A DNA stretch of 64,000 nucleotides from the NCBI GenBank assembly GCA_963665095.1, contig OY762069.1, positions 6,176,001 to 6,240,000 on the forward strand. The letters are read 5' to 3'. The stretch's first letter is position 1. Each line of letters starts with the position of its first letter. This document shows, piece after piece, positions 18,149 to 27,482 of this stretch. A program made the position numbers and the translations under genes. Source of the stretch: an uncultured Desulfobacter sp. (GTDB taxonomy: Bacteria; Desulfobacterota; Desulfobacteria; Desulfobacterales; Desulfobacteraceae). The notes beneath the pieces were generated by a model. The model saw only the letters and a list, made by a program, of their open reading frames with translations. It ran no database searches and was not told where the DNA came from.

Positions 18149-19339
18149 ATGACACAGGACACTATTCGGGGCAAAGCTGCCATTGTGGGCATCGGAGAAG
18201 TCCCCACAGGTCTTTTTCCGGACCGGTCATTTATAAGCGCTGCCGTGGATGTCTGCGATATGGCGATCAAAGATGCAGGCATACCCAAGGATGAAATAGA
18301 CACGGTGATTCCCATAGGGGTTGTGGGCAATTCTTTGGACAATGCCAATATGATTTGCTCATGGATGATTGAGGAGCTGGGGATGACCAAAACAGCCAAA
18401 GCCAATTTTCAGGTGATGTCAGGCGGCTCCAGTTCTGCAAACTCTTTGAAAGTGGCAACAGCCCTTGTGTGCACCGGACTTTCCAAGGCGGTTCTGGTGG
18501 TCCATTGCGACCGCATGGGCACAGGGGTTTGTCTTGAAAATGCCATAACCCAGTTTTCCAAGGTTTCTGTGAACCAGGAATATGAAACTCCTTACGGGTT
18601 CAGTCAGCTTGCTTTAGGCGGTCTGCTACAGCAGCGGTACATGCATGATACCGGCACCACGGAAAACCAGGTTGCAGCGGTTGTGTCGTCTTTAAGAAAA
18701 TGGGCGGCCTTAAATCCAAATGCCTTTTTAAGAAAACCTAAAAGCGTGGAGGAAATTGTCTCCTCCAAAGTCATTTCATCCCCGGTGCGAAAAAAGATGA
18801 TGAACATTCTTTGTGACGGAGCGGCTGCATTTATCGTCACCACCGCCCAAAGGGCCAGGCAATTGAGCGAACAACCCGCATATATACTGGGGATGTCCTC
18901 AAGAAGCACCAATTTTACCGTTACCCATCAGCCCAAAAATTTTGCCAAATCCTGGGGGCCGGCTGTCACCGAAGCATACCAGATGGCAGGAATCAGCCCA
19001 AAGGATGTTGATGTGGCTGAGATTTATGATGCCTTTCCCTCTTTTGTGCTCATGTCCATGGAGCTGCTTGGGCTGTGTGAAAGGGGCAGGGCAGGGCAGC
19101 TTGTAGAACAGGGGCACACCAGTCCCGGAGGAAAACTTCCGGTATCAACCAACGGTGCCATGATGGCCCAGGGACACACCGGGGCCGGGGGCGGCATCGC
19201 CATTCTGGTGGAAGCGGCCCGGCAGGTCATGGGAAAAGCAGGCGACCGCCAGGTGGAAAAGGCTGATATCGTTGTGGAAACCGCGTCAGGAGGCGTTGGT
19301 ATGGATTTTCATGTGGGTGTACTGGGAAGGGAGGTGTAA
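18149..19339 (+). CDS. Thiolase-superfamily (SCP-x type) protein
   Basis: AAIVGIGE, ALNPNAF, DGAAAFIV, AEIYDAF, PVSTNGAMMAQGH. Confidence 0.88.
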   Translation: MTQDTIRGKAAIVGIGEVPTGLFPDRSFISAAVDVCDMAIKDAGIPKDEIDTVIPIGVVGNSLDNANMICSWMIEELGMTKTAKANFQVMSGGSSSANSLKVATALVCTGLSKAVLVVHCDRMGTGVCLENAITQFSKVSVNQEYETPYGFSQLALGGLLQQRYMHDTGTTENQVAAVVSSLRKWAALNPNAFLRKPKSVEEIVSSKVISSPVRKKMMNILCDGAAAFIVTTAQRARQLSEQPAYILGMSSRSTNFTVTHQPKNFAKSWGPAVTEAYQMAGISPKDVDVAEIYDAFPSFVLMSMELLGLCERGRAGQLVEQGHTSPGGKLPVSTNGAMMAQGHTGAGGGIAILVEAARQVMGKAGDRQVEKADIVVETASGGVGMDFHVGVLGREV

Positions 19340-19341
19340 CA

Positions 19342-19752
19342 ATGGCTGAATATACCAAACCACTGCCGGTAATGACCGAGTTAAGCAGGCAGTTTTATGA
19401 TGGATGCAAAAACAATCAACTGCTGTACCAGAAATGCGAAGATTGCGGGGAGGTGATTTTTTTTCCAAAGCTGCTCTGCTCCAACTGCATGGGCCGCAAC
19501 CTGAGCTGGCAAAAGTCCTCGGGCAGGGGCAAAATTTTCTCATTCACGGTCACCTATGATGCGGCCCCGCCGGAATTCATGCCCTATGTACCCTTTGTGC
19601 TTGCCGTGGTCACCCTGGAAGAAGGGTTCAATATCCTGACCAATATTGAGGATTGTGAATTTGATGATATCTGCTGCGATATGCCGGTACAGGTGAAGTT
19701 TGACCCGGTCACCCCGGAAGTGACCCTGCCCAAATTTATTCCCGCCGGATAA
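19342..19752 (+). CDS. DUF35 zinc-ribbon/OB-fold protein
   Basis: QKCEDCG...PKLLCSNC, SGRGKIFSFTV, VTLEEG, LPKF. Confidence 0.9.
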   Translation: MAEYTKPLPVMTELSRQFYDGCKNNQLLYQKCEDCGEVIFFPKLLCSNCMGRNLSWQKSSGRGKIFSFTVTYDAAPPEFMPYVPFVLAVVTLEEGFNILTNIEDCEFDDICCDMPVQVKFDPVTPEVTLPKFIPAG

Positions 19753-19927
19753 GCAGTTCAGGCTTACGTTCAAAATCAACACTTCCAAAGATGCACAGGA
19801 TTTTGGCTGCAAGCCTTATAAAAAAATACGGGAAAAACAGTAATGCCGCATATCTGTTTTTCCCCATGTACCTTAAGAATCCGCATCTGAAAAATGTATC
19901 ACCATTTTTATATAAGGAGGAGGCTCT

Positions 19928-20190
19928 ATGAGTTCAGCCGCATAAAAAACCGAAGACTAAAGCCTGATTTTTGAACCCGTCACCATTGGCAATGTGGGAA
20001 TTAAAAATTAGGGTTGCCATAGCACCAATGAACATGAATTACACTGGTCCGGACCGCCAGGTATGAGCAGTATGTGGATGAATATGCCCGCAGCCTCATT
20101 CTTCCCATTAAAAAAAGGGTGTGGCAGGCCCTTTCGGAAATCGGCACAGAGCCAAGTATGCCCATGGATATAGGACCGGAAGACGTTTGA
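19928..20190 (+). pseudogene. Collapsed NADH:flavin oxidoreductase (Old Yellow Enzyme family) remnant
   Basis: Strong SD (AAGGAGGAGG) and ATG; LIFEPVTIGNVGIKN / frameshift / RVAIAPMNMNYTGPD is an OYE N-terminus, joined to a short C-terminal-like segment ending in TGA 20190. Confidence 0.65.
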
Positions 20191-20283
20191 ATCATCCCTG
20201 TCGCCGACGTGAAACGGCGAAATCTTTATAACCAGTTTAAGAAATATAAACCGATCAAATAAAACTGTAAGGGAGATTTTAAT

Positions 20284-21216
20284 ATGAAGATTTATGATAC
20301 CCATGTTCATCTGTTCAGTGAAGAGAGCATTCCTGAGGCCTATAAAATGGGAATGGCCAGAACCATGCGACTGGTATTGAAAAACAAGCACAACATGGAC
20401 ATGTCCCTGGAAGAGGCAAGGAACAACCTGATTCCCGGCATGTATGATCCTGACGGCCAGAAATTTCTGGCCCAGATGGACAGTGCCGGCATTGATAAAG
20501 CCGTTATATTCGGATCGGATTTTGGCCGGGAACTTGGGGACCCGCCGCTGCATCCCTTTGAGATCAACCATCATTATGCCCGGCTTGCCAAAAGCCATCC
20601 GGACCGATTTCTTGCGCTTTGCGCCCTTGATCCCAGGCGGCCCAAAGCCTTGGCCCATGCGGAACAATGCATTGAAGAGCTGGGAATGGGCGGGTTCAAG
20701 CTCCATACGGCCGCAGGCTTTTATCCAACCGATGAAATCATGTACCCCCTTTATGAAAAATGCGCCCAATGGAATGTCCCCCTGGTGTTTCATACCGGTG
20801 CCCAGCCGGCAGCACCAGTGCACTTAGATACCCAGCGCTCTTTATTTTTAGCTGAAGCTGCCACCCGGTTTCCGGACACCAAATTCATCATGGCCCATGT
20901 GGCAATGGATCTGTGGGAGGAGGCGGTGATGTACGGCAAACTGATCCCCAACCTCTATTTTGATCTTTCCTACCACCAGTTTAATTTTCATACCTGGGGA
21001 ACAAAAAAATTTTATAATTGGCTCAGATTCCTGATTGATGAATGCGGTGCATCAAGGCTGATGTGGGCCACGGATGCACCTTTGCCCTGCACCATGATGT
21101 CTCCGGAAGAGTGGGTCAAGGTGTTTACCAAGCCCGATTCCGACATCACCTTTACCCAAGAGGAGATTGAAATGATCATGTCGGGCACAGCATCTTCGGT
21201 ATTTCAACTGGATTGA
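20284..21216 (+). CDS. Amidohydrolase_2-family metalloenzyme
   Basis: DTHVH, GFKLH, PLVFHTG, FIMAH, LMWATDAP. Confidence 0.88.
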   Translation: MKIYDTHVHLFSEESIPEAYKMGMARTMRLVLKNKHNMDMSLEEARNNLIPGMYDPDGQKFLAQMDSAGIDKAVIFGSDFGRELGDPPLHPFEINHHYARLAKSHPDRFLALCALDPRRPKALAHAEQCIEELGMGGFKLHTAAGFYPTDEIMYPLYEKCAQWNVPLVFHTGAQPAAPVHLDTQRSLFLAEAATRFPDTKFIMAHVAMDLWEEAVMYGKLIPNLYFDLSYHQFNFHTWGTKKFYNWLRFLIDECGASRLMWATDAPLPCTMMSPEEWVKVFTKPDSDITFTQEEIEMIMSGTASSVFQLD

Positions 21217-21254
21217 TCCGGATTTTCACCCTTTGTAAAGGAGGTAGTATTCCC

Positions 21255-23135
21255 ATGGCAGATACAGATTTGATACGAGATATAAATGATATCCTGGAAA
21301 TTGAAAAAACACCTGTTTCCCGGCGTCTGGACGTTAAAAGCACCCTGGCAGCCCTTGAAAAGGGGGCAGGCGTCAACCCAGGGGCCCCGGCACTGCATTT
21401 TCTTCAAACAGGAGAGGATTACAACGCCCCTGTAACCATTTCCTATAAAGACTTTCTGGCCAATGTCTACCGGACAGCCAATATGCTCCATGACCTGGGC
21501 GTGGGCCCCAATGATGTGGTAAGCTACATGCTGCCCAATCTTCCCCAGACCCATTACGTCCTTTGGGGGGCGGAAGCTGCAGGAATCGTCAACCCCATAA
21601 ACCCCATGCTGGAACCTAAAGCCATCACAGATATTTGCACGGCAGCCGGAACCAAAGTGCTTGTGGCGTTAGGACCCACCCCGGGCACCGACATCTGGGA
21701 AAAGGTCCAAGCCGTGAAAAAGGATCTGCCGGCCCTGGAACATGTGATTTGCGTGTCACAACAGCCGGTTGAGGGAAAAGGTGTATTGGCATTCAACGAT
21801 GAGATCAAAAAATACAGCGCAAACGGGCTTGCCTTTACCCGGGACATCGCACCCCACGACATTGCCTCCATTTACCACACCGGCGGTACCACAGGCAGGC
21901 CCAAGCTTGCAAAGCGAACCCACTATAATGAAATTATAATGGCCTGGATTATTAAAAAAATGGTTGGGTTTACCAAGGACTCCACCCTGCTTTGCGGTTT
22001 GCCTTTGTTCCATTGCAACGGCACCATTGTCACAGGGCTTGCCCCGTTTACAGTGGGGGCAGCCGTGGTACTGCTGTCTCCTGCCGGATACCGGAATCCT
22101 TTGGTTATCAAACATTTTTATAAAATTGTTGAAGCCTTTGGTGCCAATTTCTTTTCTGCGGTTCCCACGGTGTTGTCCATGCTTCTGGATACACCGGTAA
22201 AAAATACGGATATATCCTCACTCCAGTACGCCATTTGCGGGGCTGCCCCCTTAAGCAGGGAGCTTTTCAAGCGGTTTGAGGCCCACACCGGCATAAAACT
22301 GCTTGAAGGATACGGATTAACCGAAGGCGGAGTGGCGTCTGCCCTGAATCCCAAGGATGGAGAAAGAAAGGTCGGCAGTATTGGCATCCGCATGCCCTAC
22401 CAGGATGTAAAGCTTATGGCCACCGATGAGAAAGGAAACTTTCTTGGCCCGGCCAAAGCCGGTCAAATCGGCGTCATTGCCGTAAAAGGCCCCAATATTT
22501 TTAAAGGATATGTGGAAGATATTCATAACAAGGGCATCTGGTTTCCCGACGGGTATTATAATACCGGGGACCTTGGCAGAATGGATGAAGACGGATATTT
22601 ATGGCTCACCGGAAGAAAAAAGGAGCTGATCATCAGAGGGGGCCACAATATTGATCCGGCAACCATTGAAGAGGTGTTGTACAACATGCCGGAAATACAA
22701 ACCGCAGCAGCTGTGCCATGGCCGGATAAACATGCAGGAGAGGTACCTGTGGCCTATGTTCAGCTGTCAAAGGATGCCACCCTTAATGAAGCACAGATCC
22801 TTGAGTATGCCAAAACCCATATTGGTGAAAGAGCAGCCATACCCAAAAAGATCATAATCATTGATGAAATACCCCTTACCACCGTGGGCAAAATTTTTAA
22901 GCCCGCCCTGCGAAGGGATGCAATTAAACAAGCGGTTGAACAGGAACTTGACCCCATAAAAACAGATTTTAAAGATATCCGGGTTGCGGTCAAAGAAGAT
23001 AAAAAATATGGAGAACTTGTAACAATAACGGTTAGGGCCCAAAATGAAAACAATTTTGAACAGGCAAAAAACCAGATCAATAAAACACTGAGCCAGTATA
23101 CTGTGGCCATGGAAGTTATAATGCCAGTCAAATGA
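21255..23135 (+). CDS. Acyl-CoA synthetase (AMP-forming)
   Basis: YHTGGTTGRPK, LPLFHCNG, EGYGLTE, YNTGDLG, IRGGHNIDP, TTVGKIFK; SD GGAGG before ATG 21255. Confidence 0.9.
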   Translation: MADTDLIRDINDILEIEKTPVSRRLDVKSTLAALEKGAGVNPGAPALHFLQTGEDYNAPVTISYKDFLANVYRTANMLHDLGVGPNDVVSYMLPNLPQTHYVLWGAEAAGIVNPINPMLEPKAITDICTAAGTKVLVALGPTPGTDIWEKVQAVKKDLPALEHVICVSQQPVEGKGVLAFNDEIKKYSANGLAFTRDIAPHDIASIYHTGGTTGRPKLAKRTHYNEIIMAWIIKKMVGFTKDSTLLCGLPLFHCNGTIVTGLAPFTVGAAVVLLSPAGYRNPLVIKHFYKIVEAFGANFFSAVPTVLSMLLDTPVKNTDISSLQYAICGAAPLSRELFKRFEAHTGIKLLEGYGLTEGGVASALNPKDGERKVGSIGIRMPYQDVKLMATDEKGNFLGPAKAGQIGVIAVKGPNIFKGYVEDIHNKGIWFPDGYYNTGDLGRMDEDGYLWLTGRKKELIIRGGHNIDPATIEEVLYNMPEIQTAAAVPWPDKHAGEVPVAYVQLSKDATLNEAQILEYAKTHIGERAAIPKKIIIIDEIPLTTVGKIFKPALRRDAIKQAVEQELDPIKTDFKDIRVAVKEDKKYGELVTITVRAQNENNFEQAKNQINKTLSQYTVAMEVIMPVK

Positions 23136-23162
23136 CTTGATATTTATATTAACTTCATGTGG

Positions 23163-23356
23163 TATAGTCGATTCGAAGTTTGTCCAGAATCAAGAGCACA
23201 ACTATGGCCCAAGGCAAAGCACTTACGCCGGAAGTGAAAAAAGCAATAGTGGCTCTAAAATAATATTTTGACCGTACAGCAAATGATATAGAGGAACAGG
23301 AAGCATAACGTCCAAAGGGTAGTAAATGCCCTTGGGTTTGGTTTTGCAACAGTAAG
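23163..23356 (+). pseudogene. Degenerate transposase N-terminal remnant (possibly IS630-like), cut by IS1634
   Basis: From ATG 23204: MAQGKALTPEVKKAIVALK*YFDR...; in another frame KRVVNALGFGFATV (HTH-like). Contains stops and a frameshift; preceded by TATAGTCGATTCGAA. Confidence 0.4.
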
Positions 23357-25248
23357 CTCCTGTTCGACAGTCATAGGTTTACAAAAACTCAAAAACAGCG
23401 CAAATAAAGGGATACGGCGATCGGCAAAAATGGCGTAGTGCCTACAAATTTAGGGGGTGGCTTGAATGGATGTGACCATTTTATGAGGTGATATCTTCAA
23501 TTTTTTGAATATGTTGCGCTGATTTGGAGTCAATTCTGTGTACTGTAGTATACGTCCATCTTTATGCAAAAATTTCCCCAGATGCAGGCGCTCGAGCTCG
23601 GCCCGCACCCGCGGCCAGGTCATGCCGACCTCAAGTTCCGCGATCCTTACCAGCAGCAGGGCAAGCCAGCATAGCAGGACATGGGATCTGATGCGGTCGT
23701 CCTTGGTATGATAGACCGGCCTGAGGGACAGGGTTGATTTCAGTGTACGGAAAGCCCGCTCAACCTCCATTAGCTGTTTATAGCCAAGGGCTACGTCTTC
23801 AGCAGACAAACTTTTGTCGCTGGTGCTTAAAAGATACTTGCCATCCAGCTTTTCGTATTGCCTGACCTTGGCTTTGTCCACAGCGAACTTCCCGGATTTC
23901 AACTCCTTGAGATACCTGCCCATGGACCGGTGGGCAAGCAGGGCATATTTTGCCTTGAGAAGGGATTTTTCCTGTAGCGTACCCATAGCTTCCAGTTCAG
24001 CCTTGATCCGTTCCAGATTTCTTTCACGGACATGCTTGTCGTGTTCAGCCTGCTCTGGATTGTACGCAACAACAAATCGGCGTTTCCCGCTACCCTCTCC
24101 GACATAGACCGCATTAATATGAAGGTTCTCTTTGATCACCTTAAAGCGTCCACCCCGGTTCAGGGCTTCTTCGTTCAGATTAGGCCCCCTGAGCTTTTCC
24201 CCCAGGATATACTGCCCGCCGGCTTTCTGCAGAATTTTACGGTTCTCTTCGCTGGTTATCCCCCGATCCATGGCCCAGATTACATGACCCAGTCTCCAGT
24301 CATTCATATCACGCTGGATCTGCTCCACGCATTTTGCATCGTTCTGATTGCCGGGCATTGCCCGGCATCGTACCGGAATGCCTTCCCGTGTTACGGCTAA
24401 ACCGATGGTGACCTGAGGACTGTCCTCCCGTTTGTGTTTGGATTTCCCGAATGCCAGTAACTCCGAGTCTCCAGGATCATCCATCTCAAAATAGGTATTT
24501 GTGGTGTCAAAAAAAATCAGATCAACCGTAAGGTTGAGCAAATTGGCAGTCGCCCGGAAAACCTTTTCCTGAATGACAGCTTCATGCTTGAGCAGGAAAT
24601 CCATGCTGCGGTAGAGATGCTGAACCTGAAGAGGGTCTTCAATGCCCAGGTGCACGTCCTTGGCTGCCCATTCTTCAACGGCAAGTTTCGAACAAGGTGC
24701 CAGTGCCCTGTTTGCAACCAGGGCAAAGATGGCGTCCGCAATGGGGGCGGTAAAGGCCCTGTCCGTCAACGCCTGGGCAAGGCACTTGTCTATGCCGATA
24801 CGGTTCCACAGGCCTTTGAGCAGGAGCGCCCCTCCTGCCGGGCGACTGGATTCAAACTTCAATCCCTGCCCCTGCGCTTCTAATGCCTGCGCATCTTCCG
24901 GGCTTATAAACCGGCTAAGACTGCTGACGAGGCGCTTAAGGGCTTCCACATCAAGCTGGTCTCGCCGTCCGAAGGAGTGGATGACCTCGGCCCGGGAATA
25001 GCCTTTTTCGGGGTGCCGGGCATTGTGGGCCAACTGAACGTACTCAACCTCAGATCCATCCTTGTTCTTTCGTTTTATTGTGCGCACATACATGCCTATA
25101 TATAAAGCATGAATTCACTAATATGTCATTCTATATAATCAGAGTCGTGTGCCTACACGTTTTGGCGCCGAGAACTACATTTTTGCTGAAATTATTGGAA
25201 ATCCTGACAAAATTTCGAAAAAATGAACCTACAACTGTCGAACAGGAG
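23357..25248 (-). mobile_element. Complete IS1634-family insertion sequence (~1.9 kb)
   Basis: Perfect 15-bp terminal IR CTCCTGTTCGACAGT (23357-23371 / 25234-25248); subterminal GTGCCTACA repeats near both ends. Confidence 0.9.
23450..25093 (-). CDS. IS1634-family DDE transposase
   Basis: FFDTTNTYF (D), AMDRG (D), VERAFRTLKS (E), LRPVYH...RIRSHV. Confidence 0.93.
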   Translation of the reverse strand: MYVRTIKRKNKDGSEVEYVQLAHNARHPEKGYSRAEVIHSFGRRDQLDVEALKRLVSSLSRFISPEDAQALEAQGQGLKFESSRPAGGALLLKGLWNRIGIDKCLAQALTDRAFTAPIADAIFALVANRALAPCSKLAVEEWAAKDVHLGIEDPLQVQHLYRSMDFLLKHEAVIQEKVFRATANLLNLTVDLIFFDTTNTYFEMDDPGDSELLAFGKSKHKREDSPQVTIGLAVTREGIPVRCRAMPGNQNDAKCVEQIQRDMNDWRLGHVIWAMDRGITSEENRKILQKAGGQYILGEKLRGPNLNEEALNRGGRFKVIKENLHINAVYVGEGSGKRRFVVAYNPEQAEHDKHVRERNLERIKAELEAMGTLQEKSLLKAKYALLAHRSMGRYLKELKSGKFAVDKAKVRQYEKLDGKYLLSTSDKSLSAEDVALGYKQLMEVERAFRTLKSTLSLRPVYHTKDDRIRSHVLLCWLALLLVRIAELEVGMTWPRVRAELERLHLGKFLHKDGRILQYTELTPNQRNIFKKLKISPHKMVTSIQATP

Positions 25249-25644
25249 ATTATCATTGAAAAAGAGTATGAACCAAATTTGCCTGAGATTTTATGTGAGG
25301 GAACGAAAATTCAGCAGGTGCTGCTGAACATTTTGACCAACGGAGCCCAGGCCATGGCTGCCAGTCCGCCGGGGACACAGCCTAAATTTATTATCAGGCT
25401 TTCCCATGATACACAGAAGCGCATGCTCTGCATGGAGATCGAAGACAATGGTCCGGGCATAGAGCTTGATGTGAAAAAACGAATCTTTGAACCATTTTTT
25501 ACCACCAAACCTGTGGGGGTGGGCACAGGGCTTGGCCTGTCCGTTTCCTACTTCATTATTACGAAAAATCACAACGGTACCCTGGAGGTTGAGTCCCAGC
25601 CCGGTCAGGGAGCCCGGTTTATCATTCGCCTGCCGCGGATTTAG
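25249..25644 (+). pseudogene. C-terminal HATPase fragment of a sensor histidine kinase
   Basis: QQVLLNILTNGAQA (N box), EDNGPGI, FEPFFTTK, GTGLGL; no H-box or sensor domain, with IS sequence immediately upstream. Confidence 0.8.
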
Positions 25645-25682
25645 TTTCGGAATCAAATATATGGTTTCATGTTTACGGCTGC

Positions 25683-26345
25683 TCAGGCTACCCTGCACCC
25701 CCTGCTTTCAGATTTCCCAACACCTGTTGTAAGCATTCCCTGTGCCCCGTAATAGGTAAGCATGATCCATAAACTTGAATTTGGAATGGGTGACATAAAC
25801 CGGGAAACCGCAATCATGGCATCGGAAAATATAAACAGACAGGCCCCTGCAATGACCAGCCAGTGATTGTAACGGCCCAGGCAGGCTGAAACACCCATGG
25901 CAAGTATGATTGCAAGATAAACAATAATGGGGATTTTCATAGGTCCGAGGTGGGGCAATAACAGCCAGGCCAGGCCCAGACCGGCAAAGACCATGGCACC
26001 CATGATGAAGCCTTTTGTCAAGCGCCATTCAGGCCGGCGTTTAAAAAGAAAAATATAGCAGATGTGGGCCAGGATAAAAGCCCCCATGCCAGCTTCAAAC
26101 AGACCCGGACCGGTCATCTCCAGCAGGATATCTCCCAGGGCGGAAAACAGCAGACCGGCCCCCATAAGGCGCTTGGGAGCCGGTTGGAAATTTAGATATG
26201 CGATTCCGGCCAGACACAGAACAGGAACGGTCTTGACCAGCCAGCTTAAGGGGTAAGGCCTTGCCCCAAGACTGAACAAAAAACCGATCCCGAAAAGAAA
26301 GAAGCCTGCCACCAATATTAAATTTATTAACTGTCGGCGATCCAT
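25683..26345 (-). CDS. YhhN/lysoplasmalogenase-family membrane protein
   Basis: KTVP, SALGDILL, FILAHICYI, FIFSDAMIA, LTYYGAQ. Confidence 0.88.
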   Translation of the reverse strand: MDRRQLINLILVAGFFLFGIGFLFSLGARPYPLSWLVKTVPVLCLAGIAYLNFQPAPKRLMGAGLLFSALGDILLEMTGPGLFEAGMGAFILAHICYIFLFKRRPEWRLTKGFIMGAMVFAGLGLAWLLLPHLGPMKIPIIVYLAIILAMGVSACLGRYNHWLVIAGACLFIFSDAMIAVSRFMSPIPNSSLWIMLTYYGAQGMLTTGVGKSESRGCRVA

Positions 26346-26357
26346 ATCCTGTCCCCT

Positions 26358-27287
26358 TCAGGTAAAATGCCGGCCCTGGTACGAGTCCCTCTCTTCCAGG
26401 CAGTGCTGGATCATATTAAAGGTCTCTCTGTACCGGGCCGCCCATAACGGGGCCACAAGCTCATTGGCATGGGGGTCCCCGGTGATCCGCTGGATAATCA
26501 TTGTTTTTGGCAGTCGCTCCAGATAGTCGCAGACCAGGTTCACATATTCCTGCTGGTCCAGCGGGGTGTATTGCCCCTTGGCGTACATCCGGTCCAGTGC
26601 CGTTCCCTTCACCACATAGAGTAAATGGATCTTTACCCCGTTCACGCCCAGGTCAGCCAGCACCCTGGCGCTTTCCAGCATCATCTGCCTTGATTCTCCG
26701 GGCAGGCCCAGAATAATATGGGCGCATATATAAAGCTTTTTTTTCTGAGCGGTCAGTGCCATTGCTTTTTCAAAGGTGCTGAAGTCGTGCCCCCGGTTGA
26801 TCAGGGTCAGGGTTTTGTCATATACCGACTGAAGCCCGTATTCCAGCCAGATCAGAAAATTTTGGGTATAGGAGTCCAGCAGATCAATTTTTTCCTTGTC
26901 CACGCAATCAGGCCTGGTCCCCACAGCCATGCCCACCACTCCGTCACAGGAAAGTGCCTCGTCATACAATGCCTTAAGGTGGGCCACCGGGGCATAGGTA
27001 TTGGTGAAAGACTGGAAATACGCCAGAAATTTTTTGGCTTTGTATTTTTTTATGGCGCCGATTTTTCCGGCATCAATCTGCTGGGAAACGGACAACCCCC
27101 TGGCAAAGGCACCGGTGCCGGAGCCCTTTGAATTGCAATATATGCATCCTGCATGGGACAGGGTGCCATCCCGGTTGGGGCAGGTCATGCCGGCATCCAC
27201 TGAAATTTTCTGTACCCGTTCTCCAAACAGGTTTCGAAGGTAGGCATTATAATCCGAATACCGCTTGGGCCTGTCTACATCTGCCAA
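26358..27287 (-). CDS. TIGR01212-family radical SAM protein (YhcC/YtqA-like)
   Basis: GMTCPNRDGT...GCIYC, YFQSFTNTYA, GTRPDC, VKIHLLYV, RITGD. TTG 27287 follows SD GGAGG; ORF track start is 27380. Confidence 0.88.
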   Translation of the reverse strand: MADVDRPKRYSDYNAYLRNLFGERVQKISVDAGMTCPNRDGTLSHAGCIYCNSKGSGTGAFARGLSVSQQIDAGKIGAIKKYKAKKFLAYFQSFTNTYAPVAHLKALYDEALSCDGVVGMAVGTRPDCVDKEKIDLLDSYTQNFLIWLEYGLQSVYDKTLTLINRGHDFSTFEKAMALTAQKKKLYICAHIILGLPGESRQMMLESARVLADLGVNGVKIHLLYVVKGTALDRMYAKGQYTPLDQQEYVNLVCDYLERLPKTMIIQRITGDPHANELVAPLWAARYRETFNMIQHCLEERDSYQGRHFT

Positions 27288-27482
27288 ATTGCGCCTCCAG
27301 TTCCTAACACAGTGTCCCTGGGGAACATCCTTATAGCTATACGTATATGAGGTAAATCCATCTCGGGTCTTCTCGTCCATATGGTTTTAAAGGCATTCAG
27401 TTTACAGATTCCATCATGGTTTGCCAACCTGTGACAGTCGAATCTTGACCAAAACTCTGAAACTATAGTATTTTAGGCCGCC

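Noticed and set aside
27290..27480. Possible 6S or other ncRNA between the radical SAM gene and mnmG
   Set aside because: No long irregular hairpin or family motif seen; the space is adequately explained by divergent promoters.
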